Assembly (NCBI RefSeq): GCF_006345805.1
Contig: NC_043020.1
Coordinates: 25,358,001 to 25,422,000 of the forward strand
From: Octopus sinensis
Taxonomy: Eukaryota
Direction: 5' to 3'
Length of the DNA stretch: 64,000 nt
A program made the translations under genes and the position numbers. Below the pieces are notes generated by a model. The model was not told the origin of the DNA, did no database searches, and saw only the letters and a program-made list of their open reading frames with translations. Below, piece after piece: positions 1 through 14,018 of the stretch (position 1 is its first letter; every line of letters starts with the position of its first letter).

Positions 1-50
<50 letters not shown>
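1..50. repeat. (AAT)n microsatellite
   Basis: Direct reading. Confidence 0.95.
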
Positions 51-52
<2 letters not shown>

Positions 53-89
53 GTGATGATGATGATGAGGAGGAGGAGGAGGATGTTTT

Positions 90-870
90 ACGTAAGGGGG
101 CCGAAGGGACAAGTAGGGTTTAGCACAAAACTTTGTGTATAAAATTGAAGCAAGAACACTTAATAAAATTCCCCAAAAGGAGGGGTTGTTCCGCCCAGAA
201 ACAACTGACGAACTCCACACATCCTAGCTACCTCGACTTCCAGGGACACTTCAGTAGGTGCGTCTCTCCTCAATTCCTCCGGTTTACAAACGTATGCTTA
301 GAGTAAGCCCATTCACGCGGGCCATTCTCATCACATTCATACAACTGTCAATAAAAATATTGGTCCCTCCCCATCCTCACTTTCCTTCTCAAGTGGAATT
401 TGAAAAAGCCGATGTGGGCTTGGGCGAAGAGGAGCGTATCTGTCTTTAACTCTTTCAACTTCGTCCACGACACTGTCCTCTTTGCCATGGTCATCAGACA
501 GAGGAAAACTACCTTCCCTTCTCGATGAAAAGAAGTCATTGGAGCGATCTTAACGATGGACACGGCTAATAACTGGATCTATCCTACACGTGCCAAGAGC
601 TGTTCGACAAAACTCCACACGTCAGCAATGACCGGACACTGGACAAGTGCATGAAAAACGGTTTCGTCGCCCTGCGTACATCTTGGACAGGTCCGTCTGT
701 CAGCACTTACATGCCTGTCAAGCTTGTCTCGACCGGCTATGCGTCCCAGTAGCACTGCCAGGCCAGGGATTTCTGGAAATTATCCATAGGTCCCGGCCCG
801 AAAGTCCTCCGGAAAAGACCAGCTAATTTATCTGTCCTTATACCCAGGGTTCCCCCAGGACGTCGTCACT
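90..870 (-). mobile_element. Tx1/L1-clade LINE, decayed ORF2 C-terminus and 3' end
   Basis: Minus frames give FGPGPMDNFQKSLAWQCY and ..VVFLCLMTMAK..FFKFHLRRKVR; homologous to 14.6, 19.7 and 33 kb copies. Confidence 0.75.
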
Positions 871-874
871 CTGC

Positions 875-1225
875 ATTCTAATCGATGTACCAATTTTAAC
901 AGATGTATCTCTAAAAGAGACAAGGAAACTCTCAAGATATAAAGATTTTGTAATAGAGATGACTCGAAAGTGAACCCTAAAACAGAAACAATCCCTATAA
1001 TAATAGGTGCATCAGGTATGATTAAAAAGGATACAAATACATAGCCAAAAACCAGGTCTTACGAATATAACATACAGAAAATAGCCCTACTAGGCACCGC
1101 ACACATCCTGCATGGAGCACTTTCAATACAGCGAGAGTAACAACACCAAAACAAACCACAGCACATGTCCAACGCACACAGAGCTGCGCTCGGCAGTGAA
1201 AGCTCGTGATGAAAATAAGACTACT
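875..1225 (+). mobile_element. R4/Dong-type (RLE) LINE 3' fragment
   Basis: Frameshifted translation IDV..KLSRYKDF..ETIPIIIGASGMIKK..IQKIALLGTAHIL; ends CTACTG-(AAT)n. Confidence 0.7.
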
Positions 1226-1235
1226 GAATAATAAT

Positions 1236-1405
1236 GAGAGAGAAGAGAAGAAGAAGAAGAAGAAGAGAAGAAGAGAAGAAGAAGAAGAAAGAAGAAGAAG
1301 AAGAAGAAGAAGAAGAGAAGAAGAAGAAAAGAAAAGAAGAAGAAGAAGAAGAAGAAGAAGAGAAGAAAAGAAGAAGAAGAAGAAAGAAGAAGAAGAAGAA
1401 GAAGA
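1236..1405. repeat. (AAG)n purine tract
   Basis: Direct reading. Confidence 0.95.
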
Positions 1406-1986
1406 ATACGTCGGCATTATATAAGTGGTACAAGTATCGTCCTGAAGCTGTAACTGAGAGAGAAAATGTACAGAGAGAATTATCAAAGCTAATAAACCCG
1501 ATATCGTTAAGAAAGACCAAAACAGTAAAGTTTGTTTATTGATCGACAAGAGTACTCCTTGTGCTCATAATATCTTGGTAAGCTCAGAAAATATAAAGAC
1601 TTGATCATTGAAATCGAAAACAAGGTAGCATCTCAAGATGGTTACAATACCAAGGATTGTAGGAGCATTTGGAATGATCAAAAAGGGAGCCGAAAGTTAT
1701 TTGAGAATAATCCCTGGTTTACCATCCTTGCAATGTGTCAGCAAGGATGGCAAGCCTTCATTCAGAACTCCATTGTTGCTGTGAGAACGATTACAACCTA
1801 TGTAATTTTTTTTACTGTCTTTTTTCTTGCTTTTTCTTCCCCCCACCTTTTTTTTTTACTTTCACATAACTTGTCTTTGTAAATGAAGAATCTGGTGTGT
1901 TAATTTTAATGGCTTACCAATGTATACAGTGAGTTTCTGTGCTCTTGGTGTCAGTAAGAAATGGAAACAAAATTGAAATAATAATA

Positions 1987-2027
1987 ACTAGCATTATGAC
2001 CCGGCGTTGCCGGGTCATAGTGCTAGT
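1987..2027. other. 41-bp hairpin resembling two Helitron 3' termini back to back
   Basis: ACTAGCATTATGACCCGGC-GTT-GCCGGGTCATAGTGCTAGT; 19-bp arms, one T/G mismatch, CTAG at both ends. Confidence 0.6.
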
Positions 2028-3379
2028 GCATATTACATGTACATCTATATATATTTTTTTTTTATCTAGTTTCAGCTCACGAGCTGTGGCCATGCTGGGG
2101 CACCGCCGTATGTATAATAATATATATACATCTACACATAAAATACAAAATACAAAGTTATATCTTGATATCGCTAGTGATAACAATACTCAAAATATAT
2201 AACAGACTGGAATTGTAGGCCCGTCTCTTGCAATTTCGATCAATTGTATCTTGTCCTCCCTCTTGTATAGAAGTGTGGCTACAATCCAGCCTACCTCTAC
2301 TTCTGGGGGGGGGGGACATCTTTAATTTTTATCCGGGACGTCCTACGTCCCAGATATAAAGGTAAAAATAAAATATTTCCACTTTGCAAGGTTCGAGTCG
2401 AGTACTCCCTTGCACGCTCCGTTGACTCGAACCTTGCTTCTATTGTGGCGAATTTACCGCCTCTGGTTAGATATCTTTCATAGTCGCACCAAGACACTTT
2501 TCGATGGTGCTTTCCTCCAGGTGTTCAAGTCTTTTTTTTTCTGTACATTGTATACTTTATAGACAGTAGTCTTTTCTTTAATTTAATTTTTTATTTCGTT
2601 TAGTGGTGTTATCCTAGATTCACCGTCTTTGTCGGTGATCAATCCGAAATAGGTTTGTATTTCTTCCATTTCAATTTTAATGAGTTCGCGCCCGCCGACG
2701 GCTGCAGCGAAATTCATTTCTGGACTTTCTTCTATCGAAGGCATTCTAACAAAAATACTTCCGTATAAACGGTGAAAATATTGTCAATTTCCCCAAATAG
2801 GGACACAATTCAATTTTTAAACAATGACCAAAGCTCCTTCTCCCAAAGGGGGAGGGTTACGGTTTACAATTATTTAACAAATGCAACACAACAACGTTTC
2901 CCTTTCGAGGAACCAACAAACGTGATAACTATAGTTAAACAGTAATAATAATAACAACAAAACTTACGGTGAATCAAAAAGCTGTACGCAGTTGAAGCTA
3001 TAGTCCTTTATGTATAAGAAATACACCAACAGCAGTACTCAGTAGAAGCGGCTGTTCGAGAAAACAAACATTACATACATCCAAACTTCATATAGATACT
3101 TAATGCTAGCTAATTAGCAGATAATCTAATGTAAAAGCCGTGGTAAAAGGTATGTGCACAGCTCCATCTGGACTATTCCACTTCTGCACACTAATTTTAT
3201 TTTTAATTTATTCCCATTCATGTGAAACCACTTATTCAAGTTCAAGTCATTGATGCAATTTTATACCAATTGCTATTTTTACTTTTGTTATGTTACGATT
3301 TAATTATTATATTATACTTTTGTTTGATTTTAATTATTACTTACTACATATAATTCAATTGTGTTAATTTTCTCTAATT

Positions 3380-3644
3380 TTTATTGTTAAAGTGAAAGTA
3401 TCTGACATAAAATAGAGAAATGTTTTTGTTTCACTTTTAACACGTAATACTGAAATAGTGGAGAAGATATGATATTGCTATGGGCTCGCCCTAGGCAAGA
3501 AGTTGAACATTTTTTTGCCCATGAAATTACATGGACCTTAATTAAGGCATATGTAAAATTTGAATGAAATTGGTTGTGTAGTTCTCAAGTTTTAGGGAAA
3601 CACACAGACAGACAGACACACATTCTCAGTCTTATATATATAGA
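3380..3644 (-). mobile_element. Non-autonomous Helitron-like 5' end
   Basis: Minus strand starts A|TCTATATATATAAG..CTGTCTG, like the 29261 element; second copy at 43975-44210. Confidence 0.5.
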
Positions 3645-3655
3645 TGATGATGATG

Positions 3656-3703
<48 letters not shown>

Positions 3704-4350
3704 TAATAATAATAATGATAATAATAATAATAATAATAATAATAAAGTCCCAGAAAACGAGAAAGCAACCATACTCTGGGATATACACACAGATAGAGAA
3801 ATTTTATACTCAGAGTGAGTCACAGATTCTGAATTTATTTAAAACGACGTTTAAGTTAGATAGCAGGAGGCGTTTAAGAGTGTTGTTGTGATTTTAAAAA
3901 AAGAGAGCAGATGTTTGATATTTGAATAAAAAAATTAAATACAGAAAATCGCAGATTTTTCAAGATTTTAAACTTATTTTGAAAGAAGGTATCAGCTCTA
4001 CAGCTGGACTGTAATTGTATTTCTGTGTCTTCAGCTGCTGACTGATTAGAACTGCGAAGAACATTTCCAAAATAACGACCACTGATAGCAGTCTGGGATA
4101 AAAAGAAAAATAAGGCAGGATTCCCTGCCTCTCGAGGCCCTCATGTGTTGGGACTGAAATGCCTCAACAAGCTCACAAATATAGCTGGTAGACCAAGTAA
4201 AATGTCTACATTCCAGTCACAGGGAACCGAAACCAATACTTCCCTCCCACATGGGGTTGCAGCAGCAAAACTAGAAGACTGGAATCTGCCAGACCGCTTT
4301 TGTCTATGGCTGCAGAAAGTAGCGAAGGCAAAAGACAACAGCAACTGTGG

Positions 4351-4540
4351 GGGCGCAATGGCCCAGTGGTTAGGGCAGCGGACTCGCGGTCGTAAGAACA
4401 CAGTTTCGATTCCCAGACCGGGCATTGTGAGTGTTTATTGAGCAAAAACGCCTAGGCTCCACGACGCTCCGGTGGGAGGGGGATGACCCCTGCTGTACTC
4501 TTTTACCACAACTTTCTCTCACTCTTTTCTTCCTACTTTT
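4351..4540 (+). mobile_element. tRNA-derived SINE head (family A)
   Basis: A box TGGCCCAGTGG and B box GTTTCGATTCCC, followed by non-tRNA body. Confidence 0.8.
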
Positions 4541-5118
4541 GCTACAAAGCAGAGGCACCATGGTGTAACCCACTATGGTGTGGTAAACTTTCAGACCCTA
4601 GTCTAGATTGCGAATCCTCTGTACCCCAGGATGGTTCAGCTCTCCACCCGTTAAAAGCCACCGTTTACGGAATGAGGATAACAACGTAGCTCTCGCGCCC
4701 GTGCAACCGCCAGTCTATCGCGTGTGGTGGGCGGATCTTCAAGTAACCGCACGCATTCTTAGTAGCTTAGAGTAGGCTCGAATCAGAGATTATTCCTTGT
4801 AGCTAATGGCGTGAGTCCAGATTGGAAGAAGGAGAACAACAACAACTGCAGCTATAACTGTAATAACGATTCTAAGAACAACAACGATCACAACAGCAGC
4901 AACGACGGCAACAATCACAAATAGAACAAGAAGAACGATGACAATGACAGCAGAATCATCGTGGTAACAGAAGATAGCCAGAACAACGAAAATAACAACA
5001 TACAGCAACAACTCCAAAAGTAACAACACATATTTCAACAACAGAATGACCACCACCACCGACAACAACGTTACTAGCAAATGATAACAAAAACACTAAT
5101 AATAATAATAATAATAAT

Positions 5119-5332
5119 CCTTTCTGCTGGAGGCACAAGGCCTGAATTGGGGGGGGGGGGTACTTGTCGATTACATCGACTCCAGTACGCAAATGGTACT
5201 TATTTTATTAACTCCGAAAGGATGAAAGGCAAAGTCGAACTCGGCGGAATTTGAACTCAGGACGTAGTAACAGACGAAATACTGCTAAACATTTCGTACA
5301 GCGTGCTAACGACTCGGCCAGCCCGCCACCTT
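5119..5332 (-). mobile_element. SINE family B (GGCGAGCTGGCAGAA..GTTCAAATTCCGCCGAG)
   Basis: Many copies in the window; B-box-like GAGTTCAAATTCC. Confidence 0.85.
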
Positions 5333-5351
5333 AATAATAATAATAATAATG

Positions 5352-5404
<53 letters not shown>

Positions 5405-5548
5405 TAATTTCTTTTATTAGCCACAGGGGCATGAATGAGTGGGACATCACAAGGACAGACAACACAATTTGTGTGGGGATTTAAAAAAAGATGAGGATGA
5501 AGAAATAAAAAAGACGGTGGAATGCGATTAATGTGTATACAACATACA

Positions 5549-5835
5549 GGCACCTTGGGCAAGTGTCTTCCATGATAGCCGTGGCCCGACTAAAACCTTG
5601 CGAGTGGATTTGGTAGACAGAAGTTGGAAGAAGGACGCCGTATGTGTGTGTGTGTTTATTTTCCCCTCACCATCGCTTGACAACCGGTGTTGGTATGTTT
5701 ACGTCCCAGAATCTTAACTGTTCAGCAAAAGAAACCGATAGAATAAGTACCAGGCTTAGTAAAAGAAAAGTTAAGTACTTCTAAATTTTTTTCAAGTCGG
5801 TGCCCCAACATGGCCCAACTGTTTTTGGATAGTGA
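5549..5835 (+). mobile_element. SINE family C, 5'-truncated
   Basis: CACCTTGGGCAAGTGTCTTC core and GGTGCCCCAACATGGCC tail. Confidence 0.75.
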
Positions 5836-7736
5836 CTGTCATTACTCTCCACAGAAAAAATTAACTCTTGTGGGGAAAAAAGACAATAACTGCAGATGGG
5901 ACAAGATTGGAAGTGAGTGATTTTGTTGTGAGAAAATTGGCCGGATTGAAAGATCTGCTCTGTAAGGTTTATTAGATAAACGACAGTTTGTTTGATCCTC
6001 TCTTGGTAGACATATATCGCAACAGGCAGTAGACTGGGAATGTTAACAATTGTGTTACCAGAATGTAATGATACTGCTGACGAAAGATGCAAAAATGTGA
6101 AACAACATCGAAACTTTGCGGCCCACAGACGTGTTGAACCAGAGTTTAAGAGTTGGACCAGGATATTCAGAAAGATATTGATGCTGGCCACCAGGAATGT
6201 GGTCGAAAACGTGAAATGCCATCCACGGAAACTTCCGCTACATACGGTACATCGTAAACAGTGAGGGTAATCTGACTTTAATGAGGCTCCGATACACTTG
6301 GATGAATTCAAACCTTGCAATAGGGTCGACCATTAGTACTTGGTGGTTGATAGGAAACTAGATTCCCTCACTGTACAACAGTAAATGCTCGTAGGTTAAA
6401 ATAAATGACCACCGCTCGAATCTGTTTCATTTTATATGTTTGTTAAGTCTTGGGTGTCCCATTTCATCTTCTTGTATAATAATGAAATTATTGTATACAG
6501 TGCTCAGGTGCACCACAACGTATGTTTTTGGCTCTTGGCCTATAACTGTATGAGTTACAGGTTTTTAGAGGATTTACATTTGAACTTACACAGGAAGGTC
6601 GTGGCGAGACACGCCAACAGCTTCGCGGACATGACATAAATGTGGGTCCCTCACACTGAAGTCGTGTTTGGGAGTCGTAACAGGGGAACAAAATAAAATG
6701 GAGATGCAGCTTGCTATCTGGTGGGGTCAAGGTCGATGGTGGACATTGTCGAGGGTCATTGAAACGATGGCTCTGTTAAAATGTTTGGGTTCTAGTTCGG
6801 TCCAGACTTCAGAGAGATAAGCGACTGGGATGATTCTTGAGACATGGTGGTCACCCGGAAGTGGACAGAAAGACATCCTTGAAAGGTTGGATAAAGGGGA
6901 CAAACACATTCTTCACTTTCTTGATTTATTAATGTTTGATCTTCAAATATTGATTCAGTTTCCATTCGACCACAAGGAACGTCTGTATTCTTACAATAAC
7001 CATACAGTTCTAGGAGGCGCTGCCATCACCGAGGCGTCTCATTTTATTTCTTTATATTATTATTTTCAATTTTTATTTATTTTTATTGGTTTTATGGCGT
7101 GATTTGTTTTCTTTTTTTTTTTTTGGTGTGGGTGGAAATCGATCCTATACAATCACCCTCAACTCTCTCTTCAATTTTATAATTTACCCTCATCGTGTGT
7201 CACGAGTAAAGCAAATAAAAGAAATTATTATTAATAATAATTTAATTTTACATTTATTTTTGTTTTGTGTTGTTTATCCTTTAATAAATTATTATTCTTA
7301 AGATTCTAATGTCCAACAAAACAACAAAATAATCAAATGTACTATTCAATACTTGGAATCGATAATTTTTCCCAAACTAGATCTTTATTTTTTCGACCCA
7401 GAATGAGGGAAAATAAAGTTGACTTTGGCGTAATTTGAACTCATATCATAAGAACAAACACTGCAACATCTTTTTTCGCCTGCTTCTCGAACGTCTCTAC
7501 CAATTCGAAACGATATGAAAAAGGTGGGGGGGGGGGGACATAGAAATGACATAATTAAATACCAGTCACATACTGGGGAAAAAAATTTATTGCACTGTTT
7601 GTCCATGTGAGATTTTTTTTATCGTTATTATTTCATTATTTCATTATTTCTTTTTGTGTTGAGCTTGTCTGTTTTTTTTTTATAAATTATATTCAGATAT
7701 TCTTGTTTTCAAAATAACAATAACCACAATAATCGC

Positions 7737-7797
<61 letters not shown>

Positions 7798-8519
7798 TAA
7801 AGTTCATGATGATGGTGATGATGAAAAATAAATGTCTATGAAACGCAACGGTTTTGAACGTTTTTGACCTCGGTTGATCGAAACTGCTCAATAAAATATA
7901 ATCCCAAAAGATTACAATCCTCTTTAATCAGCACTGATTCTTCACTTCATTTAAATTCACTCGAATTATCACTTCATAAAAATTAATTTTTATTCCCTCA
8001 TTAATATTCATAACAGATTTGCCTTTTTCTTCAGTTTTTTCTTTTTTTTTTTTTTGCTTTTTTCTTTCTGTATTTTTTTACTTTATTATTTTCTTGTTTT
8101 TGCTTTGTTGGTGTTTGTTTAAAATTTATTTGTTTTATAGTGGTGTCGTCTGCAAATGGAAGGTTAATGTCAGCAAAATTATTATTTGATCTGATTACAA
8201 CTTCTAATCGTTCTCCCTTTCTATTTATCTCCCTATCACTCTCGCTTTCTCTCCATCTCTCTCTCTCCCTTTCTCCCTCTGTCCACCCTTCCAGCACTTA
8301 GTCCCCCTTTGTCTGTGTGTATTTATGTCTGTTATGATTGACTGATAGCTGTTTAGATACCATGGGTGGATAAACGGATGGTCAAATGGATGAATGGATG
8401 GCTAAAGGAACGGTAAGGTGCGGGCAGAGACGCTTGGTTGGATGAATGAGCTTCGTCACTCTATTTCCTTCCGCTTTTATTATCTCCCCCATCGGTCATG
8501 TATATAAATATATATATAT

Positions 8520-8665
8520 ACACTTTCCGTCTTTTTAGTAAGTGACCTCGTGAATACCACTTGCAATTTTTTTTTCCTCTGTCCTCCCGTCTCGGGATCT
8601 TTCTTTCTCCTATGTTTCGAAACGTCAAACCCTCCTTCTTCCCTTCTTTCCTGAGCGTCCAATAT
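8520..8665 (+). mobile_element. Relic of the HHR-bearing repeat seen at 59220-59350
   Basis: GAAACGTCAAACCC..CCTGAGCGTCCAATA is the reverse-complement homolog of 59230-59290; the 5' core is lost. Confidence 0.5.
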
Positions 8666-8723
8666 ACTTTATTTGTTCCACATCCTTGCGTTGTTGTCTT
8701 TTTGTTTTCTTGTTTGGATTAAC

Positions 8724-8768
<45 letters not shown>

Positions 8769-8849
8769 TATATGTGTGTTTGTGTGTGTGTGTGTGGTGG
8801 TTGTGTGTTGTGTGTGTGTGTGTTGTGTGTGTATATATATACATACATA

Positions 8850-9015
8850 GCCGCAGGAGTGACTGCGTAGTAAGTAGCTTGCTTACCAACCACATGATCC
8901 CACATTCAGTCTCACTGTGGGGCACCTTGGGCAAGTGTCTTCTACTATAGCCACGGGCCGACCAAAGCCTTGTGAGTAGACTTGGAAGAGAGGAAACTGA
9001 AATAAGCCTGTTGTA
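8850..9015 (+). mobile_element. SINE family C, 5' part
   Basis: GCAGGAGTG(G/A)CTG..GTTCAGTC tRNA-like head plus core. Confidence 0.8.
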
Positions 9016-9284
9016 TATATGTGTGGTGGGGAGGGTGTAATCATAATATTGTGATTTCGAATCCCGGAATCGGCTGTGCCTTGTGTCCTTTAACAAAACA
9101 ATTTATTTCACGTTGCTCCTGTCCATGCAACAGGCAAAAATGAATTAATCCTGAGACGGATCGCATTCCGTCCAGGGAGGAATATATACGTCACTAAAAC
9201 CAGGAAACCAACGGTATGAGTCTACATAACACGCGAAGGACTTCATCCTTTTTTATTCTATACATATATGCATTAATAGACATA

Positions 9285-9367
<83 letters not shown>

Positions 9368-9481
9368 ACAGACAGACAGATAGACAGACAAACAGACAGA
9401 GAGGCAATTATGTGGATAAACAAATTAAGTATAACTGCTTGGGTTTGATATAGAAAGCATATATATATATATATCTATATA

Positions 9482-9514
<33 letters not shown>

Positions 9515-9666
9515 AGAGTGATTCAAAAGCCACCGTACATAGGAAAATTTTATTTTTTCATAAGAAACAGGGAAATAAAGACATCGGAATCTAAGTTCGA
9601 ATCATTTGAGCGCTACTAAGTGTTTTCTATACCAAGAATCTCTGGATCTCATTGTTCACTATATAA

Positions 9667-9755
<89 letters not shown>

Positions 9756-9926
9756 GACAGACAGACAGACAGACTGTCGAGCAAACTTTGGGCTGTTGTA
9801 GAAGACATTTGCCCAAGGCGCCATGCAATGACACTTAACCCGGAAATATGTGGCTAAGAAACAAAGTTCTTAGTCAGAAAAGTACTTATGTAGAATTTCA
9901 TCTTTTAATATAATGTTGATGCATAA

Positions 9927-10272
9927 ACGAAGAAGAAGAGGGGGAAGAGGAAGAAGAAGAAGAAGAAGACAGAAGAGAGGAAGAAGAAGAAGAAGGAAGA
10001 AGAAGAAGAAAGAAAGAAGAAGAGAAAGAAGAAGAAGAAAGAAAGAAAAGAAGAAAGAAGAAGAGAAGAAGAAGAAGACAGATAAAGAGAGAAGAAGAAA
10101 GAAGAAGAAGAAGACAGAAAAGAAGAAAAGGAAAAGAAGAAGAAGAAAAGAGAAGAAGAGAAGAAGAAAGGAGAAGAAGAACAGAAGAAGAAGGAGAAGA
10201 AGAAGAGAAGAAGAAGAAAAGCAAGAAGAAGAAGAGAGAAGAAGAAGAAGAAGAAGAAAAGAAGAAGAAAGG

Positions 10273-10302
<30 letters not shown>
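9927..10302. repeat. (AAG)n-type purine tract, ~375 bp
   Basis: Direct reading. Confidence 0.95.
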
Positions 10303-10303
<1 letters not shown>

Positions 10304-10537
10304 GTTTCCTTCTGGAGCCATCCCAGGCTTATAAGGGCCAGTTTCCCGGTTTCAGTGGCGTATAGATTTCTCACCTGTGGCGTATAAATTCCTCCTTTTT
10401 GCCAGCTGAGTGGACTGGAGCAACGTGAAATGAAGTGTTTTGCTCCAGAACACAACACGTCGCCCGGTCCAGGAATCGAAACCACAAACTTACGGTCATG
10501 AGCCCAACACCCTGACCGCTAAGCCACGCGCCTTCAC
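10303..10537 (-). mobile_element. tRNA-derived SINE (family A-related)
   Basis: Minus: GGCGCGTGGCTTAGCGG..GGTTTCGATTCCTGG; related pieces at 17545-17715 and 58590-58705. Confidence 0.8.
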
Positions 10538-12055
10538 ACATAAACTAAATAAAAAGGTTATTTTCCAATTTTTTCTTGATGGAGGAATTCCGTTTTTTAA
10601 CTGGTTTTAAATTTTTTTTAGAATCCATGTATCTAATTTCGTGCCTTCTCTTGTGCTTTCAACTGCCGCCACCTCGCATCGGGGTGTGTCTGATAATTCT
10701 GGGGAAGAAAATATATACTCTTTGTGAAAATGTAAAGATAAAGGTCATTTTTCACTTTCAATAACAGGTAGAATTGTGAAAATATATGGTGGAGAGTGTA
10801 TGTGTATGAGTCTGTGTGTATACGTGTATACATGTATATATGTATGTATGTATAGTGTACGTAAGAGAAACTGGGAGAGAGGAGAGAGAGAGAGCTGCAC
10901 CAGCAGAGCAGTTAATTGGTGATCATTTCCAATTGAGAAGAATTGAGCAACGTCAGATGAAGTGTCTTGCTCAAAGACACGACACAACTCTTAGTTCAGG
11001 AAACAAACACACTGATGACCGTTAATTCAGCACTCGAAACCACTAGGCTGCATACTTTTCAGGCACAAACACACACACACGCACATACATACATACACAC
11101 ATACAGTTCATATATATATATATATATATAAAGAGAGAGAGAGAGAGCTAGTGAGAGAGAGCGAGGGAACTAGAGAGAGAGAGAGAGAGAGAGAGAATTA
11201 ATTAACTGATTATTAAATTGTATTTTGTTCGCTATTAAACGAATAATGGAATTATATTTTTTGTTTGGAACTAACATATATCTTAGAAAAGTTCTAATGA
11301 AAACTGACAATGAATTATCTAAAGTGTAATAGGGAGAAAACCCACGTGACAATTTGAGCAGAATTAGTTCGACTGAAATTTCTTAGACGGCCACTCGAAA
11401 AGTTGTTTGTAACGAAATGTTTCTTTGATTCTTTGAATGTGTTTTTAATTTTGTTTAACTCTGTGTATGTGTTATCTAATGTTGCTTTAACTTTAAGTCT
11501 TTAATCTTCTCCAACAGTATGTTTTACATAAGAAATTTGCTTTCGCTTAATACAAGAGAACGTTGCAATAAAACATTACCGCAGTCTGTTTTGCTCCAGA
11601 TTGTATAGGCTGGGCGAAGATTTTGAGGTAAAATACACCTTATAGCTGTTGATTCCAAGAAGTGTTATCCAGCTTTCAAAACTCAATCTCCCTTACCATC
11701 ATCACCTCCCACTCTTTTTATCTTTATCTCTCTCCTTATGTATGTAGGTCATTCTTTTATCTACTTTTCCAGAGAGAGAGAGTGCAGGAGACAAAGAGAG
11801 AGAGAGAGGGAGAGAGAGAGAGAGAGAGAGAAAGAGAAATTAGAGAGAGAGTGAAGGAAGAAAAGAGGTAGAGGGTTTGACGTTTCAGAAACGTGCCACC
11901 ATCATCATCATTACCATCACTTACCTCCCTCCCTCCCTCTTTTTATGACACACGATTTGTGTCTCTCATTCTTTGTTTCTCTCTATTCCACTGTTTTAGG
12001 GATAAAGACAGAAATAGAAATTGAGAAAAAAACAGAAAAAAGAAACTAAGAAGAA

Positions 12056-12230
12056 ATGGATGAATGGGTGGGTGGGTGGATGAATGGATGGATGGATGGA
12101 TGGATGGATGGATGGATGGATGGATGGGTGGATGGATGGATGGATGGATGGTGGAAGGATGTATGGATGGATGGATGGATGGATGGATGGATGGATGGCT
12201 GGATGGATGGATGGAAGGAAGGAAGGAAGA
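12056..12230. repeat. (GGAT)n microsatellite
   Basis: Direct reading. Confidence 0.95.
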
Positions 12231-13122
12231 AAGATTGACACATCTATTCCATTACCACTGTCTGTCTTCATGAACTATTTAAAAACGTCTTAAACTAATC
12301 AAAATTTTCTTACGTTCTCCATTACACTCGTAGTGACAGTCTAGCATGGCCGTGGCATTACTTTCAATACATCCATGTCCTGAATAACTTTCCATTTAGA
12401 AACCGAATAAAAACTAATACAAAACAAAATTCCGAGGAAATGTTGGAGAATCAATCGTTCTTCACTGGACTAAAATGATTTTAGAATGAGACCAATCTAG
12501 TAAAACGTAAAATAAAAACCAGATATTCAAAGTGGGTTGTTTCCCTTAGAACGGAAATCTTCAAAAGCCGTGAACTATATAGCGAGACCATGTGATCTAA
12601 GCTAACCAATGAAATAAATAGCATATAAAAAAAACTGACCATTGGTGTGAATCGATGTTAATTAAATTAATATCTAATTTCTCACCCTCATTTTAAATTT
12701 AAATTAATACGTTCCCTAACCGGCAAAGGCCGCTGCAGTAAAGTATTATCTGCAGCATCAGTTTTTCCGGTAATTTAGCACGCCAAAACGAGGACATTTG
12801 AAATAGTAATCACGAGTGTAATGGGTAGAACTGTTTACAGGTCTGACTTTGTGCGGACGTCCGAGTATGCAGTCCTGCAAATTATATTCATCTGGACGGT
12901 CGCACCGATGATCTACGGACATTTATGCAAGTAAACTTACGTAATATGGTAATACTGAAACATGTATGCGAATAATCCATATTTTTATTGCTTTTTCTTT
13001 TGTCTTGCTCGATTACGTTTTGGTTTTGCTAAATTTTTCTTGAGAACATTTCTTAGTGGTAAGACAATAGCGGATCTATTTCTAGCATAAGGGTGTCCAC
13101 ATAGTGGTTTCCCTCTAATATG

Positions 13123-13162
<40 letters not shown>

Positions 13163-13401
13163 GTTCGCTTTGTTTTTTTACTTTATTATCATCTTATAAT
13201 CATCTCATAATAATGACTTTTATAACTTTTATTACTACCTCAGTCAATCTAAATGTATATATATTGTCGTTACCTGTCATAAATAGCCTTTTTTTATTTG
13301 CAATGTGCATTTTCGTTGATTTTTCATATTTACCCATACATTTCCATATGTATTTTATATTTTTCGTAACATATTTCTACTATATATATACAGATATACA
13401 T

Positions 13402-13480
<79 letters not shown>

Positions 13481-13489
13481 ATAAAATAA

Positions 13490-13537
<48 letters not shown>

Positions 13538-13634
13538 ATAAAGGGTGGAATATAATTAATTTAATAAAATTAATCAATTTCACCTAGTAGATTTATCGGT
13601 ATGGAAAAGACCATATTTGGTAAGGGTTATAATA

Positions 13635-13960
13635 ATTATAATTAAGGGTTGAATGCAACAAGTTGCTCAAAACCACATACCGAAAATATTAGAAATAGCA
13701 GCCAAAATTGATCACTATTTCCTCTACTAATAAAAAGTCTCCACAAACAAACAAAATTTGTAAGCTGTATATGGCAAAAAAGGCAGAAAATAACGAAATC
13801 CCAGCCTATGGATTAATTATAGACGACTCGATATACAGCTTACAAATTCTGTTTGTTTGTGGAGACTTTTTATTAGTAGAGAAAATAGTGATCAATTTTG
13901 GCTGCTATTTCTAATATTTTTGGTATGTGGTTTTGAGCAACTTGTTGCATTTAACCCTTA

Positions 13961-13968
<8 letters not shown>
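13635..13968. mobile_element. Fold-back element, 138-bp inverted arms with 58-bp spacer, between (TA)n tracts
   Basis: Arms 13635-13772 and 13831-13968 are near-perfect reverse complements. Confidence 0.8.

Positions 13969-14018
<50 letters not shown>

Noticed and set aside
4351-4425. tRNA gene
   Set aside because: A and B boxes run into a SINE body; no complete cloverleaf is evident.
5870-6900. Possible Gypsy protease/RT remnant (TADGTRLEV..)
   Set aside because: The resemblance is vague, with many stops and no diagnostic catalytic motif.
11012-11045. CTGATGA..CGAAAC
   Set aside because: No helix II or helix I; the GAAAC probably derives from a SINE B box.
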